From positions 145,328,001-145,392,000 of the forward strand of contig NC_042999.1 of NCBI RefSeq assembly GCF_006345805.1: a stretch of 64,000 nucleotides of DNA. Direction: 5' to 3'. Source of the DNA: Octopus sinensis (Eukaryota). This document shows, in pieces, positions 53,959 to 64,000 of this stretch. Every line of letters begins with the position of its first letter. The first letter of the stretch is position 1. Position numbers and translations under genes: made by a program. The notes beneath the pieces were generated by a model. The model did not search any database. It saw only the letters and a program-made list of their open reading frames with translations, and was not told the origin of the DNA.

Positions 53959-54453
53959 GCCAACGACGACGACCACACCATCGCCACCACCACTACCACC
54001 AGCTGTAGCAGCAGCAGCAACTGCAAGATGTTTAATTCAGCAGTCAGCTATAGAAAAATGTGCGTGCAGATAACAGTACATTGGGTTATATATTTTTTAA
54101 CTGAGTCAAACATCAATTTTGATTGATGTATCGCCGCTGAATATGCTTCCACACTCTCAGATATTGACAGATGTGTGTATACGTTAGACTGTGCATATGC
54201 CTGTATATGTATATGTTTGTGCATATGTGTATATGAGTACGTATGCGTGTATGAGTTTGCGAATGCGAATATTTAGCGTTGTGATATAGCCTAGAGAGAA
54301 CAAGGGACAGATTTACTGATGGTGCGATGCTATTAATAGAGTGAAATAAATTGCAGTGAATGGGATAAAATTCAAACTTTGTGCGAGTCCATGTCTCATA
54401 GGATTCAAGGCGGTTCCTACCCTATATTAAATAAAATTTGTTCGAAATATTAA

Positions 54454-54482
54454 GGTGCTTTCATTATTTTGTCCAACCCCTG
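54454..54482. mobile_element. Solo TIR of the Tc1 family at 48333-49588
   Basis: GGTGCTTTCATTATTTTGTCCAACCCCTG. Confidence 0.7.
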
Positions 54483-54643
54483 TGCGAGAAATAGAAATGT
54501 GTATGTTCTTTTATTCTTTTACATGTTTCAGTCAGTTGACTGCGGCCATGCTGGAGCAACACCTTGAAGAATGAAAAAAAGCCTACGTATACACAAACAC
54601 ACACACACACACATATATGTACACGCACATAAGCACACACACA

Positions 54644-54691
<48 letters not shown>

Positions 54692-54746
54692 ACACACACA
54701 TATATATATTATATATCATATATACATACATGTATATATATTATTG

Positions 54747-54781
<35 letters not shown>

Positions 54782-54956
54782 ATATATATTATATATATAT
54801 ATATATATATTATATATAGAGGGCATTATACATACATGCCAGGAGGCATTCTACATACCGCCATACGCTAAGAGGGACAATCAGTCCATTTCTACCAAAA
54901 ATATTACTAATCCCACCGAATGCAATTTTTCAAAGAAAGACATTTAAAAATATATA

Positions 54957-55002
54957 GACCTGTATCACAGTGATTTCATACTTACGTAATCATCAGCAGG
55001 CC
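54957..55002 (-). ncRNA. Type-I hammerhead motif (mirror of 55687-55732)
   Basis: Reverse complement of the motif at 55687-55732. Confidence 0.75.
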
Positions 55003-55686
55003 TGAATATACTATAAATAAACAACGACCCTTCCTCGCTTAAGCCGATCAGCTAACTGATCAACATCAACGAAGCACATGTGGGGTTTATATATACTATA
55101 TCCGGATGAATGGCAAACTTTTACGAATTGCATTCGGGAGAGAAAAGTTTTTCGGAATAAAAATTTAGCAATAAGGACAACTACTTAATAAGGAAAACTT
55201 AACAAGAAATTGTCAGGTAGATAGCGTAAAAACCTCATAAGAGAAAAAATTTCGAAAATAATTATTTCTTATTGAACATATTAATTTATATATAGAGGGC
55301 ATTATACATACATGCCAGGAGGCATTCTACATACACGCCATACGCTAAGAGGGACAATCAGTCATTTCTACCAAAAATATTACTAATCCCTATATATAAA
55401 TTAATATGTTCAATAAGAAATAATTATTTTCGAAATTTTTTCTCTTATGAGGTTTTTACGCTATCTACCTGACAATTTCTTGTTAAGTTTTCCTTATTAA
55501 GTAGTTGTCCTTAATTGCTAAATTTTTATTCCGAAAAAACTTTTCCTCTCCCGAAATGCAATTCGTAAAAGTTTGCCATTCATCCGGATATAGTATATAT
55601 AAGCCCACCCATGTGCTTCGTTGATGTTGATCAGTTAGCTGATCGGCTTAAGCGAGGCAGGTCGTTGTTTATTTATAGTATATTCA

Positions 55687-55732
55687 GGCCTGCTGATGAT
55701 TACGTAAGTATGAAATCACTGTGATACAGGTC
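55687..55732 (+). ncRNA. Type-I hammerhead motif
   Basis: GGCCUG-CUGAUGA-U-UAC-GUAA-GUA-U-GAA-AUCAC-U-GUGAU-A^CAGGUC. Confidence 0.75.
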
Positions 55733-55995
55733 TATATATTTTTAAATGTCTTTCTTTGAAAATTGCATTCGGTGGATTAGTAATATTTTTGGTAGAAATG
55801 ACTGATTGTCCCTCTTAGCGTATGGCGTGTATGTAGAATGCCTCCTGGCATGTATGTATAATGCCCTCTATATATAAATTAATATGTTCAATAAGAAATA
55901 ATTATTTTCGAAATTTTTTCTCTTATGAGGTTTTTACGCTATCTACCTGACAATTTCTTGTTAAGTTTTCCTTATTAAGTAGTTGTCCTTAATTG

Positions 55996-56009
<14 letters not shown>

Positions 56010-56028
<19 letters not shown>

Positions 56029-57903
56029 TCAATGTTTGTGTGTTGGTGTGTTATAGACTCGAAAACTACTGGATCAATCTTAATGAAATTTGGAACACAA
56101 AAATCCAAGCCTAGGGAGAAGGGTAATGCCGTATGTTTCATAAATTTTGAGGGGGTATAAAGTGGGGACAGAATCTCCCGTGAAAATCCATATGCTTCAG
56201 ATTTTGATGAAATTTAAACCATAGATATTAGAAATAAATTTTTTAAAAATATACCCAAAATTGTCATTTCTTTGGATAATTCTAAGACCCACTAATGGGG
56301 ACTTAGCCCCCAAATTTTAATCATTTTTCATGGACCAAAATTACTGAAAGGATCCTTATGATACTTGAAACGTATATTCAATGCATAAGGGCGGGTATAA
56401 TGCAGTATGCTTGCTTTGAATTTGAAGGGCAGAACCCCTCATGAAAATTCAGAAATTTCCGATGTTGATGAAATTTCAACCATAGATTATTGACACAAAT
56501 CAAGAAGTATTTCCAAAGTTTCCGCTTCTCATGAAGATTCTAAGACCCCCTAATGGGAGGCCTTAACTCCCAAATTTTAACATGTTTTATGATCTAAAAC
56601 AAGGTCAAAAGTACTGGATGTATTTTTATGAAATTTAGAAATTTATATTCTATGCATAAGTCGGATGTAATGCAGTATGTGTTTGAAAGTGAGGTGGCAT
56701 AAATGAGTCTATAAACCCTATGAAAATTCATATATTTTTGCTGTTCATGAAACTTTAACCATAGATATTAGGCCTCGGATTAGACACAAATGAAGTAATA
56801 TTACTAAAATTTCAACTACTTAGGAGGTTAGTAAGACTCCCCAATGCGGGCTTAACCCCCACAATTTAGTCATTTCTCCTAGACGAATACATTTGTAGTC
56901 TTGGAAGCTGTAGAGTCAACTGAGGATTCAAGATAAGCGTTATTTGTAATTCAATGGTACAACAGTGTAAGAGTTTGCTTTGAGATATACTTAGATTGTG
57001 ATTTCTGTAATGTGGTGCAGAAATTGTGAAGGTAAAGGGGAGGCATCTTTGCCTCCCCTGATTCAGTTGAGTAACGTTATTTGGTTGCAGACCTCCTTTG
57101 AGTCTTTTTATTATCCCCAGATGGTAACATTGATTTCAAGGCCTTTCCAGATAACTGTTTATTCATTCAAAGAGATTTAAAGATTGCAAATTTTGTTCAA
57201 TTATCTATCGGCACTGTGATCATTAGCAAACGCCAGACGTGACACTTTCATTTCGCCTTAGCCCTCACGTCACACAATTGTTAATGTTTATTTGAGTTGG
57301 GTTACGCCCTTCCAATTGCTTTAGATCCGTAATGCATCTTACGGCTGTGCTGGTCATCTGTATGGTGAGGAATCTTACACTGAGAAGTGGTAACAACTAG
57401 GGTAGGGTAGCTGACTGCTTATTGTGATCATTCATCTTTTGGTTTGCTCTAGCATTGCTCTCTTTTACAAACCCAGTGAACATTCATATATTTCCAATTT
57501 CAAAGAAATTTGAACAATAGATATAAGACACAAGTTAAAAAAGATTCCCAACAATTCAACTTCTTTGTTTGACTTTAAGACCCCTATGATAAGGGCCTTA
57601 ACTCCAACATTTTAGAGCTCCCTGTGCTCCATGTACTTCATTTTCCAGGAGCAAAAACTTTTGAATGGGTTTTATTAGATTTGGATTTTGGAATCTGGGC
57701 ATACAAACGAGTAGTATGGGATAAATATGTCATGATTAAAAGTTTTGTAAGGGTGTGCAAAGAGGGAAAGAACCCCCAGCAAAATTCTTAGTCTCCAATT
57801 TTGATGAAATTAGAATAATAGGTATTCCAGTTCATTAGTAAAAATATAAAAGTTTAATTCTTCAATTCCATGTTACACGGGCAACGCCGAGTATCTCTGC
57901 TAG
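56010..57903 (+). mobile_element. Non-autonomous Helitron-like element with internal tandem units
   Basis: 5' (TA)nAAGTCAATG...GAAAACTACTGGATC; 3' CGGGCAACGCCGAGTATCTCTGCTAG followed by T; repeated units of about 260 bp containing GATGAAATT..ACCATAGAT..TAAGACCC. Confidence 0.75.
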
Positions 57904-58008
57904 TTTATAAATAGATATATAGTTGAAATTTATAGAAAGACAAAAGTCGAAGACGTGTATGAACAACAAGCAAGTGTATTAGTTTGACGCTTGGGAAAAT
58001 GAAAAAGT

Positions 58009-58044
58009 CTTTTACGTTTCGAGCCAACGCTCTTCAACAGAAAG
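58009..58044 (-). ncRNA. Minimal hammerhead variant (CUGUUGA core)
   Basis: CUUU-CUGUUGA-A-GAGC-GUUG-GCUC-GAA-ACGU-A^AAAG. Confidence 0.6.
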
Positions 58045-58315
58045 GAATAAGAGAAAATAAACACATAGAGAATGAAAATAATTGTAGATTTCAGCGGTTC
58101 AGCATGGCGAATAACTAGAAAAAAGCTTGAAAGAAAGGGAGATAATAATAATAAAAATAGGTTGAAAGAAATAGAGATAATAAAGTGCTGGTAACCCCAA
58201 AAGAAGGTGTGTGTGCGTGTGTGAGTATGTGAGAATGGTGTATGTGAATCTGTTTGTGTGTGAATAGGAGCTAGTTACTGACGTGTGTGTTTGTGTGTGT
58301 TGTGTGTAGCAGTTG

Positions 58316-58379
<64 letters not shown>

Positions 58380-58414
58380 ATATTATATATATATATATAT
58401 ATTATATATATATA

Positions 58415-58531
58415 TTTTATAGAAGGAGCTTCTACAGGACTAGAACTGTTTCATTCAAAAGAATCATCAGGATCCTGATGATTTCTTTTGAATGAAACAG
58501 TTCTAGTCCTGTAGAAGCTCCTTCTATAAAA
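58415..58531. repeat. Near-perfect 117-bp palindrome of a hammerhead fragment
   Basis: Centred on GGATCC (58470-58475); each arm CUGAUGA..GAA-ACAG-UUCUAGUC-CUGU-A^GAAG; one extra T in the right arm. Confidence 0.85.
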
Positions 58532-58602
58532 TAAATTAATTTACTCTGCTATGTATTGAGTACCTTATTTACTGTGGTTAACCTCGACTCAATCCGGGAC
58601 CT

Positions 58603-58633
<31 letters not shown>

Positions 58634-58662
58634 GGAAAAAAGCAACAAGAATGGATTAAAAT

Positions 58663-58748
58663 CTCGGTACGATCGTTTCGTACGAGGACATCTTTAATAA
58701 GCTACAAAAAATGCAGTGAATACAGATGGCTCGTACTCGTCAGCCGAA
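58663..58748 (-). ncRNA. Type-I hammerhead ribozyme (mirror copy)
   Basis: Reverse complement of 59364-59449. Confidence 0.88.
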
Positions 58749-59363
58749 AAAACATCAGAGAATTCCCAAACATCAAAAGGGGTAGATACAAAAGAGGTTG
58801 TAAGATTAGCTGCATTGAAGAAAGTTCGATTCATGGAGATCCGATGAAAGGTTTTAAACTTACAGAATTTATGCATGTCTGCATATAGCTCATATTGAAT
58901 ATTTGATCAAGTTGTGTGAAGAAATTTTCGGATACAGTCATGCAAAATTTCTGAAAATCCGAGTAAGAGGCAAAGTGACTGCCATATCATGTAGAGGAAA
59001 GTCTGAGTAAAAGCAAAGTGACTGTCATATCGTGTAGAGGAACAGATTGTTATTGAAATTTACAAGAATCGCAGATAAGTTCGATTTTTGGAGATCCGAT
59101 GAAAAAGTCTTGAACTTACAAAATATGTGTAAGTCACTTTGCCTCTTACTCGGATTTTCAGAAATTTTGCATGACTGTATCCGAAAATTTCTTCACACAA
59201 CTTGATCAAATATTCAATATGAGCTATATGTAGACATGCATAAATTCTGTAAGTTTAAAACCTTTCATCGGATCTCCATGAATCGAACTTTCTTCAATGC
59301 AGCTAATCTTACAACCTCTTTTGTATCTACCCCTTTTGATGTTTGGGAATTCTCTGATGTTTT

Positions 59364-59449
59364 TTCGGCTGACGAGTACGAGCCATCTGTATTCACTGCA
59401 TTTTTTGTAGCTTATTAAAGATGTCCTCGTACGAAACGATCGTACCGAG
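59364..59449 (+). ncRNA. Type-I hammerhead ribozyme, fully canonical core
   Basis: UUCGG-CUGACGA-GUACGAG[43 nt]CUCGUAC-GAA-ACGAUCGU-A^CCGAG. Confidence 0.88.
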
Positions 59450-59599
59450 ATTTTAATCCATTCTTGTTGCTTTTTTCCTATTTGTGATCACCCCACTTGT
59501 CGTATGGTTAACACCATATAGATTTCCGGTGCATCCTAGTTAAGGACCATATTCATGTGAATTCTTTAGAATTCACTAGAATCTCAATTACTTAACCGA

Positions 59600-59704
<105 letters not shown>

Positions 59705-59712
59705 TATATGTA

Positions 59713-59745
<33 letters not shown>

Positions 59746-60279
59746 TGTATGTATATAGACACACTCAGTTCCTGATGGGTTCAAGGGATGCCATCTTAAT
59801 ATACAGCGTCTTTGTGTTTTAACCGCAGTGGAGGTTATATTTATTTAAGATTGGAGTTTGGTAAGAGGAGCATCGATTTCTCCCAGCAAGAGACATACAT
59901 ACACGCAGAGAAAGTAAGAATGTGTGCTTGCGTGTGTGTGAGTGAAACAGAGAGAGAGACTGAGAGAAAGAGAGATAGAGAGAGGGATATTGATCCAGTA
60001 CGGGACTGTCAATTTATTCATCGATTCCCGAAAGTATGACAAATAAACTTGACATCGGCAGTGTTTGAGCAGAGAGTCCGTAGAGGCGAAATTGATACAA
60101 CCGTCTTCGCTAATTTGTTTTGCATATATGAATATATATCTGGTCTTTTGTATCAATCCATCCATCCATCCATCCGTACGTACGTATGTATGTATCTATC
60201 TATCTACATATGGATAAATATTCACACACACATGTAGCTATATATGTATGCATATATATATATATATATGTGTGTGTAT

Positions 60280-60339
<60 letters not shown>

Positions 60340-60354
60340 AGGAGAGATAATTTT

Positions 60355-60513
60355 ATAGAGTACATTTATACTTAAGGGCACAGAAGCTACCATGCCCATA
60401 CGCTAAAAATAGACGCCAAATATGTCGAACCAACATGGTTGAACGTATTTGCCGTCTGTTTTCCCCGTATAGGCATGGTAGTTTCTGTGCTCTAAAGTAT
60501 AATTGTGCCCTAT
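60355..60513. repeat. Imperfect fold-back
   Basis: TATAGAGTACATTTTATAC...GCTACCATGCCCATACG pairs with CGTATAGGCATGGTAGTT...GTATAATTGTGCCCTATA. Confidence 0.75.
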
Positions 60514-60603
60514 ACAACTATATATCTGTATATATGTATTTTACCTAAAAGGTTTTTTTATATGCTGACCACTGTTAAATGATTTAATTATAATATTTTA
60601 ATG

Positions 60604-60665
<62 letters not shown>

Positions 60666-60888
60666 TATAATTAATAAAAATATTAGGGAATAAATCCAAA
60701 CTTACAGGGAAAAATCAGATTTAGGATTGAATCCAATTTTATAGTAAAATGTTATATTATATTAAATTAGAGACAAAACCACTATTAGGCAAATCAAACA
60801 ATGAAAAACTTAAGCCAATACATAAGATTATTTAATTTATATTATTTAAATATATAACAAAATTATTATAAAAATATAATTAATATCA

Positions 60889-60952
60889 CACTACGATCGT
60901 TTCATGCCTGCTAACATCTTCAAATTTTTGAGTCGCAGTCATTCATCAGGTG
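60889..60952 (-). ncRNA. Type-I hammerhead motif
   Basis: CAC-CUGAUGA-AUG-A-CUGC[..UCAAAAAUUUGA..]GCAG-G-CAU-GAA-ACGAUCGU-A^GUG. Confidence 0.78.
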
Positions 60953-60979
60953 GTTTAAATATTTTTCTTGGCGAGGTTT

Positions 60980-61898
60980 AAACATCTAAGAAAAGGCTTT
61001 GCAGTTGAAATACTTTCCGGTTATTTCGCTCTTGCTAGTCACTTGAGGTAAATTAAATATATTTAGAGGGTAATGTATAAACGAATGTCAGATTAACCCA
61101 GAAATAGACAGATATTTCATGACCATATGGTAATTAATTTGATTTGCCTAATAGTGGTTTTGTCTCTAATTTAATATAATATATATAAATATATATATAT
61201 ATATGCACGTATATATTTTTACATCCATATGTATATCCCCCCATATATATATATATGTACTTATATATGTATATATTTATAAACTTACATATACATCCAT
61301 ATCCACCACCCTACACACATCTATGTAAACGTTTCCCCATCAAATTCGACAATATCAATTTCAGTCTCATTAACGTCAGTCTGAGTGTCGTCATCGTCAA
61401 CTTAAATTTCGCTATGCACATTCACAGTAAAATTTCGAAAGAAATGAACAATTTTTTAAAACCTCACTAGATAAAAAATGCCATATATTCTTAAGAATGA
61501 AACAGCTTTTATTCTTTTACAATTATGCAATCTGCTATCACTGATGTCAAAGTCTTTTCATAGTAAAATATCTACAGTGACGACAATTAAGTTGACGATG
61601 ATGAAATCGAAACTGACAATATCGTTGGGGCTGGCGATAACGAATCTGAGATCCACTTTGACAAGGTTGAAGTTTCTTTAGCGTAATCTAATATATTTCC
61701 AAAATCAAAGTCTTACCTACATGTGAGTATTTTTTAAAAATAGAAACATCTAAGAAAAGGCTTTGCAGTTGAAATACTTTCCGGTTATTTCGCTCTTGCT
61801 AGTCACTTGAGGTAAAATAAAGATATTTAGAGGGTAATGTATAAACGAATGTCAGATTAACCCAGAAATAGACAGATGTTTCATGACCATATGGTAAT
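60980..61898. repeat. Direct repeats of about 155 bp (60980-61134 and 61744-61898)
   Basis: AAACATCTAAGAAAAGGC...CCATATGGTAAT occurs twice with few differences. Confidence 0.9.
61320..61420 (+). mobile_element. Possible PLE extreme C-terminus
   Basis: SECRHRQLKFRYAH resembles the terminal CRH motif of the other PLE remnants. Confidence 0.35.
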
Positions 61899-62701
61899 AA
61901 TTTTGTGAGAAATTTAATTAGCAGGCTGCTAGGGATATACATATGGATGTAAAAATATACACACAAACACATGCATACACACATATAAGTTCTTTATGTA
62001 CTGCACATGATTTAAATCTGCTAGATGTTTTTCTTAAAATAATTTTGTTGTGTATCGTTGTAAAGTGTACAAATCTAATAAAACACACTCAGAATGATTA
62101 AGTCTGGTTCAAGTTGTATTATGTACAGAGCTAACTTAAATGTTTTGCGTTTAATGTCGTGTTACTTTATGCTAACAAGTTCAGCATGGTTGCTCACCCA
62201 TCCTATGATAATGCTCCTCCTGTCACATCAGCCAGCATACGCCACTGATATATTCGACACAGATACTCCACTCAAGTTAAGCCGCTCTCACCTGTGCACG
62301 TAAAATCGATTCCATCCCCACCTACTCACATTATGATCGTCTTACAATCAGCCGGTTTCGCTTTCCTTGACCAACTCCACTTCACATAGCCCTTTCGGAG
62401 TGCCCTCCTCTGAAACTTCCGACTCCTTTAATTCGATCCCTCCATTGTCCACCTCATTTCGGATCTATCCTTCTGTGATTTTACGCAAACTTGCAATTTG
62501 CGTAACTTGCTGGTCTGTACCTCTTCCCATACAACACGAACCCAATAGGATATCGCTCCTTATTCGCCCCCATTACTACATTTATACATTTCTCACTAAC
62601 TCAACTCTCTTACCAGACAAAGAGCTACTTGTATATCACCGACTCTTTGAAATTGCAATATGTAAATCCTTATTTACTGAATAATATACTTTATATTTTC
62701 C

Positions 62702-63200
62702 TTTTATTACCTCCGCCTTCACTAAGGCGGAGGTATTGTTTTCAGTTATGTTTGTTTGTTTGTCCGTGGACAAGATATCTCAAGAACCTCTGGATGGATT
62801 CGGATGAAACTTTCAGGAATGTTTGGCCTCGTGACTAGCACGAACTGATTAGGTTTTGGGATCGACCCGGTACCGGACAAGGATTCTGGATTATTTGTTA
62901 TACTTACGTTAACTTTCCAGTCAATTATCTCCCTTTAGGATGTAACTATTTTGAATGGTGAATTTGTTAACTTTGGCTTGTATTAAATAAGGATAAACTA
63001 TTTATTACTGTTACTAAATTTTCTACAGCTACCTTCACATTCCATGACTACCATTGGGATCGATCAAGTACCGGAGAAGGATTCTGAATTACTTTTCGGT
63101 TTGTTTACTTAATTTTTGAGAGAGTTAGGATTCATTTTTAGCATACTCGTTTGTGAGAGCAGTCGAGTTTATTTCAGATATTCTCATTTTAAAAATCATC
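62702..63200 (+). mobile_element. Helentron/HINE-like non-autonomous element 5' part
   Basis: TTTT, then perfect hairpin TACCTCCGCCTT-CACT-AAGGCGGAGGTA, (TTTG)n, and repeated GGGATCGA..GTACCGGA.AAGGATTCTG. Confidence 0.6.
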
Positions 63201-63395
63201 TCTGGCTAATCGTTGAGAAGACGTTGGTACTATCGTTAGTGTTTTACTGAGTTAGTGAGTTGGAAAAGTATACGTTCCTTGTGAGTACTGTTTTTGTTTA
63301 ACTGCTAGTTATAGAATTGTTGGATTGTTGTTACCTGTTGAACTTGTTACCGCTTTTAATTTTCTTCCCCATTTATGGGTGAAGTGGCGAATAAT

Positions 63396-64000
63396 ATGGA
63401 AAGCTCACCAGTACATGCAGGCAGTTATGCTGCGGTGACTGGCAAAAGCCAGTCAGCAAAGGGACTGCAGATTACAGAAATTAAATTACAGGAGAAGGAT
63501 TTTAAAAAATTCAATGATTTATTGAAAAAGGAGGGAGATAGTCTTCTTTGACGCCCCCCAAAGAAGTAACAGAAAGAACGGAAAAAGTAACAATTGCGTA
63601 TAGAACATTGAAAATTGAATCAGAAAAGGTGGAATTAGCTGCAGTGGAGGTGGTCGAGGAGTGCCTCCGAGATATTATGAACGTAGTGATGTTCTACACA
63701 AGAGGAAGGAAATACAGCACAGTTGAAGCACGCTTCGTGCGCGAAGAAGAAGCGAGGGAATACTTCCCTGTGCCTTTGAGATCAGCGGAGTGGGCACTAC
63801 TGCCAACTTACTGTGGTAAACGTGCGGCCAGAGTAAGAATAGGTAGAGTCTCCCAGAAATTGATGAGGCGTGGCTGGTGGCAGTCATTCTCTTCAACAAA
63901 GAAGAAGACACTGAGATAATAAAAATATCAAGAACTACGGAGGTGAACTGCTGGGGATATGGGCTGGAGGTTCTGGTCCATATAAGCCTGCCAGACCTCC
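63396..64000 (+). mobile_element. Possible decayed LINE ORF1-like coding remnant
   Basis: MESSPVHAGSYAAVTGK start and a protein-like ORF at 63548-63919; SYAAV is common at LINE ORF1 N-termini. Weak call. Confidence 0.4.

Larger units (their letters stand above)
54818..55997. mobile_element. Tandem/inverted array of an approximately 476-nt hammerhead-bearing unit in (TA)n
   Basis: Unit 54818-55293, partial 55294-55390, inverted unit 55391-55869, inverted partial 55870-55997. Confidence 0.88.
58631..59481. repeat. 350-bp near-perfect inverted repeat with a 151-bp spacer
   Basis: Arms 58631-58980 and 59132-59481; identical mirror ORFs in the ORF track; one G/A difference seen. Confidence 0.95.

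Noticed and set aside
56180-57830. Spaced repeats superficially like an array
   Set aside because: Long degenerate units within a Helitron-like element; no short repeat-spacer pattern and no cas genes, so not CRISPR.
58694-59418. Identical 60-aa ORFs on opposite strands
   Set aside because: A by-product of the inverted repeat; the sequence is better explained as structured RNA.

Overview
AT-rich, microsatellite-dense animal genomic DNA. The SINE repertoire and repeat landscape suggest an octopus or other coleoid cephalopod (inference). I can support no intact host gene, and most ORFs in the track are translations of simple repeats. The window is a mosaic of decayed mobile elements: Penelope-like elements (PLEs; RT and GIY-YIG remnants at 0.1, 18.8, 22.5, 28.3, 44.1 and 61.3 kb), CR1-, RTE-, CRE- and R4/Dong-like non-LTR fragments, a hAT transposon with TIRs and an 8-bp TSD, a near full-length Tc1, mariner DD37D remnants, Helitron/Helentron-like elements and many tRNA-derived SINEs. 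There is a 100-N gap at 35512-35611. The main signal is about 20 type-I hammerhead ribozyme (HHR) motifs, roughly one per 3 kb, with at least a dozen different stem III sequences, nearly all palindromic. Many have long stem II insertions. Two lie downstream of PLE endonuclease ends and one upstream of a PLE ORF. Others sit in short non-coding units in (TA)n tracts, arranged as fold-backs, tandem partial repeats (periods about 431 and 476 nt) or a near-perfect 350-bp inverted repeat. This fits a PLE-driven, retrozyme-like family of non-autonomous self-cleaving RNA elements. All structures were folded by eye and none has been tested.
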